From an uncultured Chryseobacterium sp. (GTDB lineage: Bacteria > Bacteroidota > Bacteroidia > Flavobacteriales_D > Crocinitomicaceae): a stretch of 64,000 nt of DNA. The position numbers and the translations under genes were made by a program. The DNA is taken from the NCBI GenBank assembly GCA_964488745.1, contig CAZAVP010000009.1, positions 15,729-79,728 of the forward strand. The letters run 5' to 3'. Positions 36,661-43,784 of this stretch are shown here, piece after piece. The stretch's first letter is position 1. Every line of letters begins with the position of its first letter. The notes beneath the pieces were generated by a model. It worked only from the letters and a program-made list of their open reading frames with translations. It was not told the DNA's origin and ran no database searches.

Positions 36661-37856
36661 ATGGAATTAGATAACGAATATAAAAATTGGCTAAGCGAGC
36701 TAAAACTCAAAATCCGTTCAGCTCAAATGAAGGCAGCGATTGCTGTCAACCAAGAGTTGATTCTCTTTTATTGGGATTTGGGCAACATGCTGTCTGATAA
36801 AATTAAAACCAGCAATTGGGGAGCTAAAGTGCTTGAAAATGTTTCTAAGGATTTGAAAGCTGAGTTTCCTCAAATGAAGGGTTTTTCTGTTACTAATTTA
36901 AAATATAGCAAACTTTTTTATGAGTACTTTCAAATTAGTCCCCAGCTTGGTGACCAATTAAATTCAATAAAAAATACAATTAGTCAACAAGCTGTTGACC
37001 AATTACAAGACACTGAACACCAAGAAAATATAAAAAGTCAACATGCTGTTGACCAAATAGAAAATGAGCAAACAATAAATCGTTCACAAGCCGTGAACCA
37101 AAATAGAAATTTCTCAATAATACAACAACTTGTTGCCCAAATTCCTTGGGGGTCATATTATTATAATAATTGCTAAGATTAAAGACACGAAAGAAGCTAT
37201 TTTCTACATCCAAAAAACCAAAGAAAACAATTGGAGTAGAGATGTGTTAAGTTTGCAAATAAAATCGAATCTTTACCAAAGACAAGGTACGTCCATAAAT
37301 AATTTCTCCACTACATTACCTGAGCCATTTTCGGATTTGGCCAAACAAACTTTAAAGGATCCTTATGTCTTTGATTTTCTACAACTATCAGAAGGTTACA
37401 AGGAAAGAGATATTGAAAAACAGCTAGTCAATCACATCAAAAAATTTCTACTAGAATTAGGCAAAGGATTTGCATTTGTGGGGCAACAATACCATCTTGA
37501 TGTTGCTGATAAAGACTACTACATCGATTTGCTTTTTTACCACGTCAAGCTTAAATGCTACGTAGTTATTGAGCTCAAAAAACACTGCTTTTATCCCTGA
37601 ATATGCTGGTAAATTGAACTTTTATTTGTCAGCTGTTGATAGTATTTTGAAAGAAATAGACGACAAACCTACGATTGGTATTTTGCTTTGCCGTGAAAAA
37701 AATAACATTGAAGCGGAATTTGCTTTACGAGACATCAACAAACCAATGGGCGTAAGCGAATTTGATTTAACCAACATGCTTCCCGATAATCTGAAATCTT
37801 CTTTACCTACCATTGAAGAGATCGAACAAAACCTTGCAAGTGATGAATTTGATTGA
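36661..37856 (+). pseudogene. PD-(D/E)XK nuclease, DUF1016/YhcG-like, disrupted by two +1 frameshifts
   Basis: Three consecutive ORFs in frames 1, 2 and 0 join into one YhcG-like protein (IPWGH..., ENNWSRDVL, KDPYVFDFL, YIDLLFYH, VVIELK..F.PEYAGKLNFYL). Breaks lie at the G5 run 37148-37152 and the A6 run 37577-37582. Confidence 0.8.
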
Positions 37857-38134
37857 ATAAGATGATACAATCGTAATCACTTAAAATTGAGATTTAAAAT
37901 GTCGATGAATTGACTGGAAATGTAGATGGATTTTATATATTTACATCCAACAATCAACAATAGCTATGAAACTATCGGGATTTGGACGATTGGAAGTGAA
38001 CGGTAAGCGATTGGAAAAGGATTTGTTGTTTATTTACAGAAGATTAACTAAAATAGATATAATGGATATTTACCCAATTGGGTAAAGCCAATTGTTGGGT
38101 GCAAGCTTAAAAAGACACCGATAAAGATTAAATT

Positions 38135-40723
38135 ATGACAAAAATTGAAAGAGGTTCAGACTGGAGAAAATGGGATTTACATTTTCATACACCTTCATCA
38201 TATGACTATGGTGACAAATCCATTACAAATCAAGAAATAATTGATACTTTATCGGCAAATCAAATTTCTGTGGTTGCAATTACAGACCACCATAAAATAG
38301 ACATTGAAAGAATTCAAGAGTTACAACGTCTCGGAAAAGAAAAAGACATATTGGTTCTTCCGGGTATTGAATTTTTGTCAGATGCAAGAGGAAAAGTACC
38401 AATTCATTTTATTGGTATATTCTCAGAAAATTGTAATCTCGAATACATTTGGGGACAACTCGAGAATACCACTAATATAAAAAAGATTAAGGGAGAAGGA
38501 AAAGAGCCAAATCAAGTGTACTGTGACTTAGAAGAAACAATTAAACTAGTTAAAAGTCTTGGAGGAATAACCACAATACACGCAGGAGATAAGACAAATA
38601 GCATTGAAAATATAACCCATTCATTACCGCACGGTGAGGCACAAAAGACCGAAATAGCTAATCAAATTGATATTTATGAATTGGGTAAAGTAGATGACAA
38701 AGATGGATATATCAATGTTGTATTCCCAGCAATAGGAAAGCATATTCCTATGATTATCTGTTCAGATAATCATAATATCAAGAAATACGTTTTAAAAGAA
38801 AATTGTTGGATAAAAGCTGATTGTTCATTTGAAGGACTCAAACAAGTAATTTATGAACCAAAACAAAGGGTTAGGATTCAAGCACTAAAACCTCACGAAA
38901 AGGCGGAATATCAAGTTATTGATTCGGTTCAAATATCACATAGTGATTTCTACAGTCAAAAAATTCATTTCAATCAAAACCTTAACTCCATAATTGGAGG
39001 TCGTTCAACTGGCAAGTCTGTGCTTTTAGGTGCAATTGCAAAGAAATTGAACTGTGATAAGGAAGTGAAATTCAATAATGAAGATTATACAAAATTCGTA
39101 AATGAAGTTGTCGGTAGCATTACCGTAACTTGGAAAGACGGAGTTATAAATAACGATAGAAATATTGAGTATTTTCCACAAAGTTATATGTACCGTCTTG
39201 CTCAAAACAAAAACAATGAACTAGACAAACTTATTGAAGAAATTGTAAGACAAGATAAAGCTAAAAATAATCTAATTGCAGATTACGAAACTTACAGTGC
39301 AGAGAACAATACGGACATAACCAATAAGCTAAATAAATTATTTCAGCTACAAGATGAATTAGTCAAAAAGAATGCGCAATTAAAGGAAAAAGGTGATGAA
39401 AAAGGAATCCGAAGTGAAATTGATAAACTTGAAAGAGAATCAAAGGAATTAAAAACAAAAATCAATATTTCTGATTCTGAACTACAAGAATATAACAATT
39501 TAAAAAGTGAAACCGATACGCTTGTAAAACTTAATGAAAATTTACAGTCACAAATTTTAAAGCTGCAATCGTTAAAGTCAAAATTTTTAATCAACAAAGA
39601 TTTAGAGTTTGATATAGTTGCTTTAAGCGATTCTAATAAAGACGAGGTAAGAGCAAAGTATGATGATTTGAAACTGCGTTTTGAAAAGGAATGGCAAGAC
39701 GCCATAGAAAAAATATCGCAGAAAAATTCAGATGAAGTAAAGGCAAACAATCAAAAAATTGAGTCAATTCAAAGCAGTCCAGTTTATATAAAGGGTATAG
39801 AGACATTTAAAAATAATAGACAGTACAAGGAACTTGAAGAAAAATTAAAGATTCAAAAAGACAAATTGGCTGACATAACTCTGATTAAAAAAGAAAATGA
39901 AGAGTTACGACTACAAATAACAAGCTTTGTTTCTTTAATCAAAGAGGCGCATAGGAACTATTTCAAGAAAATCGAAGAAATGAAAAGTTCTCTTAATATT
40001 GCTAAAGACAAACTTGAAATAAAAGCTTCTGCTCGATTAAATTCTCAAGGATATAAGGATTTATTAAATTTTGGAATTAACCAACAAAGCTATCAAGGTC
40101 AATCAATTGTTAATGAAAAAATTGAAACTATCGAAGATTTTTTCACATCAACTCACGCTTTGTTTGACAAGTTGCTTCTGAATAATATTACACTAAAAGG
40201 AGGTAATACTAACATTAGCTTTGCACAAAAAGTGCTTTCAACTAATTTCTTTGAAATTACCTATGATATTATTTATGAAGATACGTTCAAAAAGATGTCC
40301 GAAGGTAAAAAAGCGTTTGTTGTCCTAATGCTACTTTTAGACTTTAGTAACAAAGACTGCCCGATATTGATTGACCAGCCAGAAGATGATTTGGATAACC
40401 GAGCAATCTATAAAGACCTAGTTAAATACCTAAAGAACAAAAAGAAAGAAAGACAAATCATTCTTGTGACACATAACCCAAACATTGTTGTAGGAGCTGA
40501 TTCGGAATTAGTAATTGTTGCTAACCAAAATGGAATTGACACTCCAAATATTGGCGGGGCTAAATTTCAATATACTTCAGGTAGTTTAGAAAATACCAAA
40601 GAGCTTGACAACTCAATTAAGGTAACTCTCAACTCACAAGGAATTAAAGAGCACGTTTGTGAAATACTCGAAGGAGGAAATGAAGCATTTAAACAAAGGG
40701 AGAAAAAATATGACATCAAATAG
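38135..40723 (+). CDS. PHP phosphoesterase domain fused to a Rad50/SbcC-like coiled-coil ABC ATPase (candidate defence protein)
   Basis: PHP ligand pattern: DLHFHTP (14-20), TDHH (50-53), GIEF, IHA, CSDNH. ATPase: Walker A GGRSTGKS (288-295), coiled coil ~360-640, SEGKK (722-726), ILIDQPEDDLD (744-754), VTHN (778-781). Confidence 0.85.
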   Translation: MTKIERGSDWRKWDLHFHTPSSYDYGDKSITNQEIIDTLSANQISVVAITDHHKIDIERIQELQRLGKEKDILVLPGIEFLSDARGKVPIHFIGIFSENCNLEYIWGQLENTTNIKKIKGEGKEPNQVYCDLEETIKLVKSLGGITTIHAGDKTNSIENITHSLPHGEAQKTEIANQIDIYELGKVDDKDGYINVVFPAIGKHIPMIICSDNHNIKKYVLKENCWIKADCSFEGLKQVIYEPKQRVRIQALKPHEKAEYQVIDSVQISHSDFYSQKIHFNQNLNSIIGGRSTGKSVLLGAIAKKLNCDKEVKFNNEDYTKFVNEVVGSITVTWKDGVINNDRNIEYFPQSYMYRLAQNKNNELDKLIEEIVRQDKAKNNLIADYETYSAENNTDITNKLNKLFQLQDELVKKNAQLKEKGDEKGIRSEIDKLERESKELKTKINISDSELQEYNNLKSETDTLVKLNENLQSQILKLQSLKSKFLINKDLEFDIVALSDSNKDEVRAKYDDLKLRFEKEWQDAIEKISQKNSDEVKANNQKIESIQSSPVYIKGIETFKNNRQYKELEEKLKIQKDKLADITLIKKENEELRLQITSFVSLIKEAHRNYFKKIEEMKSSLNIAKDKLEIKASARLNSQGYKDLLNFGINQQSYQGQSIVNEKIETIEDFFTSTHALFDKLLLNNITLKGGNTNISFAQKVLSTNFFEITYDIIYEDTFKKMSEGKKAFVVLMLLLDFSNKDCPILIDQPEDDLDNRAIYKDLVKYLKNKKKERQIILVTHNPNIVVGADSELVIVANQNGIDTPNIGGAKFQYTSGSLENTKELDNSIKVTLNSQGIKEHVCEILEGGNEAFKQREKKYDIK

Positions 40724-40885
40724 AAAGCCAGCACCCAACAGCACCTACCCAAAAGTGGCGGTTCAGTGGTTAAATCAAGCTTTGTGCTTCTATCAAAGTT
40801 TGTGCTTGACTGACAGTGAAGTGCTTCAAAATCGCCACCTTCGGGTAGCTGCAAAACGTTATACGCAACAACGAACACTCAACCT

Positions 40886-41377
40886 ATGATTAAAATAATA
40901 TTGGTTTTTCTTTTAACAATAATTCAATCAATAGCTTTTACCCAAATTGAGATTGACGGAAATTGGTATGTATATGAAAAGGACAATCCAGCGGAAATAA
41001 ATAATTATATTAAAGACTCTCTTACTCATGGATACAGTCAAATTGACTTTGCTTTAGGTTTCCCGAAAAAGTTCAATTTATCACGAGACAAAGAAACTTA
41101 TATGATACCCGAGGACGAATTGAAATGCACGGAACAACTATTATTCAAATCTAATGAAGTACAAAACATGACTGAATGTACTGGAATCAAAGATCAAAGC
41201 TATTGGATGAACGGTGGGAAAAATGGTGTTTATGAATGGGTCAATAAAAAAACCATTCGAATCTCATATATTGTTGGACTTGGAGAATTCGTTTGTGTTT
41301 ATAAGGTAAAAGAAAAGAAAAACATATTAACTTTTATAATTCAAGGGAACGTTGAATTCACTAAACTTGAAGAATAA
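40886..41377 (+). CDS. Hypothetical exported protein
   Basis: 163 aa with a signal peptide. The mature N-terminus has a GNW motif (lipocalin-like start). Confidence 0.5.
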   Translation: MIKIILVFLLTIIQSIAFTQIEIDGNWYVYEKDNPAEINNYIKDSLTHGYSQIDFALGFPKKFNLSRDKETYMIPEDELKCTEQLLFKSNEVQNMTECTGIKDQSYWMNGGKNGVYEWVNKKTIRISYIVGLGEFVCVYKVKEKKNILTFIIQGNVEFTKLEE

Positions 41378-41471
41378 ATGCGTATAATAACACTTCGTTT
41401 TCGACATTTTAAAATCAGAGATTTAAAAACAGCCATAAACTACGTTCGTTACCTGCAAATTTAACTAAACA

Positions 41472-41840
41472 ATGAGAAAATTTATCTTACTTTTAATTTT
41501 GACAACTTTTGTTCTAACGTCTTGTGGTCAACGAAAAAATGAAATAACACTTCCACAACCGCACAAGAATTTTATTGGAAAATGGAGTTCTAATGAATTA
41601 ACAATATACATAAAGCCAGATAGCATTATTGTATGGCATAATCGTAGAAATATGAAAGTCATAGAAGTCCCGAGTCAAAAAACAACAGAATTTAAGGTCA
41701 TTAAAAACAATGATTTTGAATATGAAATCCTTGAAGAAAGAGAAAACAAAGGAGTTACACTCAAACACCCTTTTACATACAATAAAGAAGACAATTCTAT
41801 AAAGTATGTTGACAAAGTAGTTTTTAAAGATGAAAATTAA
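41472..41840 (+). CDS. Hypothetical lipoprotein
   Basis: 122 aa with lipobox LTSC and a GKW motif near the mature N-terminus. Confidence 0.5.
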   Translation: MRKFILLLILTTFVLTSCGQRKNEITLPQPHKNFIGKWSSNELTIYIKPDSIIVWHNRRNMKVIEVPSQKTTEFKVIKNNDFEYEILEERENKGVTLKHPFTYNKEDNSIKYVDKVVFKDEN

Positions 41841-42110
41841 ATGAGCTATCCGAAAGAAGTTTTAAGAGAAGCATTGAAATTTTTTTAGTTGAAAGACTTG
41901 AGAAGTTGACTTTAAATTTAACGAAAAAGACCTAAAATTTACACGAGATTTTGGAGAAATTGGGAAGAGATTTACGATTATATCGTTAAACATCTCAAAA
42001 AAGGTAAATGTTAAAGACAGAAGTGAGTGGATATTCTCTGAAACGGGAAAACATTCTTGTAAATTTGAACTGCAAATAGACAACACGGGGTTTTAAATGA
42101 TGAAAAAATA

Positions 42111-42165
42111 ACCACAGAGACACTAAGAACATAAAGAAAATCAGTGCCTTCTGTGTCTTTATGGT
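42111..42165 (+). repeat. Degenerate hairpin module upstream of the GxxExxY gene
   Basis: Arms accacagagacac (42111-42123) and gtgtctttatggt (42153-42165) with 2 mismatches, followed by GAAAAAAA. Confidence 0.6.
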
Positions 42166-42182
42166 GAAAAAAACAGAAAGAT

Positions 42183-42560
42183 ATGACTGAAAACGAAATT
42201 TCAAAAATAGTAATTGGAGCTGCCATTGAAGTTCATAAACAATTAGGTCCAGGCTTATTGGAAAGTAGTTATGAAGTTTGCTTGGCATACGAATTAAGGC
42301 AACAAGGATTAAGCATTCAGACCCAAGTTGCTTTGCCAGTTGTTTATAAAGGAGTGAAACTAGAAGCAGGTTATAGAATAGATATTCTTGTAGAAAATAA
42401 AATAATTATTGAAATTAAAGCTGTTGAAGCTCTTGCAGATATTCATACAGCACAACTTTTAACTTACTTGAAACTAAAAGATTTAAAACTCGGATTATTG
42501 ATAAACTTCAATAGTGTAAGGGTAATTGATGGTGTAAAACGTATTGTGAATAATTTATAA
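42183..42560 (+). CDS. GxxExxY protein (PD-(D/E)XK-like fold family)
   Basis: [10 protein letters not shown] carries the GxxExxY signature. [17 protein letters not shown] is the D..ExK-like core. 125 aa. Confidence 0.85.
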   Translation: MTENEISKIVIGAAIEVHKQLGPGLLESSYEVCLAYELRQQGLSIQTQVALPVVYKGVKLEAGYRIDILVENKIIIEIKAVEALADIHTAQLLTYLKLKDLKLGLLINFNSVRVIDGVKRIVNNL

Positions 42561-42607
42561 CCGCAGAGTCGCAAAGAAAACCTCTGCGTTCTCTGCGACT
42601 CTGCGGT
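42560..42607 (+). repeat. Perfect 14-bp-stem hairpin module downstream of the GxxExxY gene
   Basis: Arms accgcagagtcgca (42560-42573) and tgcgactctgcggt (42594-42607), followed by GAAAAAAA. It overlaps the stop codon. Confidence 0.75.
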
Positions 42608-42666
42608 GAAAAAAAGAAATATGGAGCTAAAATCTATTGTCAAAAATCACCCACACGTTTTACAAC

Positions 42667-43515
42667 TCAAGATTCCATGCTATCTCCACCATTGATATGA
42701 ATGAATTGACCCGTTATATAACTACTGTCTTCACTCGCTAAAAACACGTATGCGGGCGCTACTTCACTCGGTTGACCAGCACGTTTCATCAGGGTATCTT
42801 GTCCGAAATCGGAAACTTTATCGAAGGAAGCGGGAATTAAAGGTGTCCAAATTGGTCCGGGAGCGACGCCGTTGACCCGAATTTTCTTTTTCGCCAACAT
42901 CAGCGCCAATGAACGGGTAAAAGTGGTAATCGCGCCTTTTGTACTGCTGTAATCTAATAAATGATCACTTCCTCGATAGGCCGTTACTGAACTGGTATTT
43001 ATAATCGTATCTCCATCTTTTAAATGGGGAAGCGCTGCTTGCACGAAATAAAAATAAGGGTAAATGTTTGTCTCAAACGTTTGATGTAATTGCGCATCAC
43101 TGATATCCTCTACCTTGCTTACTGAAAATTGAACGGCGGCATTATTGACCAGGATATTTAGGGTACCATATTGCTTCACGCACTTTTTAACCACGGTTTC
43201 ACAAAACTTTTTGTCGCTGACATCGCCTTTGAAAAAGATACACTTTCTATTTTCTTTCTCAACGAGATTTTTGGTAATTTCAGCATCTTTATCTTCCTCT
43301 AAATAAACAATCGCAACATCGGCACCTTCTCTAGCGAAGTGAACCGCCACGCTTCTTCCAATTCCGCTGTCTCCACCAGTAATTAAAGCTATTTTATTGA
43401 GGAGTTTGTCGCTTCCTTGGTAATTTTTTCGAATTACTTCTGGTTGCGGTTTCATCTCATGTTCATCGCCTGGTAAAGGCTGACTTTGCGCAGGAAATTT
43501 CTTTGGTTTACTCAT
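42667..43515 (-). CDS. SDR-family oxidoreductase
   Basis: TGGDSGIGR (cofactor motif), NNAA, YSSTKGA (YxxxK). 282 aa. Confidence 0.85.
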   Translation of the reverse strand: MSKPKKFPAQSQPLPGDEHEMKPQPEVIRKNYQGSDKLLNKIALITGGDSGIGRSVAVHFAREGADVAIVYLEEDKDAEITKNLVEKENRKCIFFKGDVSDKKFCETVVKKCVKQYGTLNILVNNAAVQFSVSKVEDISDAQLHQTFETNIYPYFYFVQAALPHLKDGDTIINTSSVTAYRGSDHLLDYSSTKGAITTFTRSLALMLAKKKIRVNGVAPGPIWTPLIPASFDKVSDFGQDTLMKRAGQPSEVAPAYVFLASEDSSYITGQFIHINGGDSMES

Positions 43516-43784
43516 AATTCTTTGAATTTTAGCTTGGTTTTAACTCTTCTCCTACTAATTTAAAGAATATTTCAACCGTACTAAAATTTGCGTTTTGAAT
43601 ACAACAAAAATTAACAGATGGTGGATCTCGAGCGAATTGAATTGCTCGAAGAAATAAAAGTCAGCATAGATAATTGGTCAGAGATAATGAATGACATACC
43701 TTGACAGTTTACCCAAAAATATCCAAAGACTTCATTTTAGCCCTGTATTTGGGTTCTATTTCAAAGCTTTAACAGCTTTTCATC

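Noticed and set aside
36975-37140. Periodic ~50-bp repeats that superficially resemble a short CRISPR-like array.
   Set aside because: The repeats are degenerate and in-frame within the nuclease pseudogene, encoding Q-x-V-x-Q units. The spacers between them are not unique, and no cas genes are present.
39343-39750. 135-aa antisense ORF inside the PHP-ATPase gene.
   Set aside because: It is a shadow of the low-complexity K/E/L coiled-coil coding region. Its S/F/L-rich product is typical of reverse-frame artefacts.
40659-40889. 76-aa basic ORF spanning the ATPase 3' end and the downstream spacer.
   Set aside because: It overlaps the ATPase C-terminus, shows no motif, and has unusual composition. 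The region is better explained as a structured non-coding spacer.
41902-42096. 64-codon open frame (EVDFKFNEKDLKF...ELQIDNTGF) as a possible gene.
   Set aside because: It contains no ATG, GTG or TTG start and begins right after a stop. It could be a gene remnant or a chance open frame, so it is not called as a feature.
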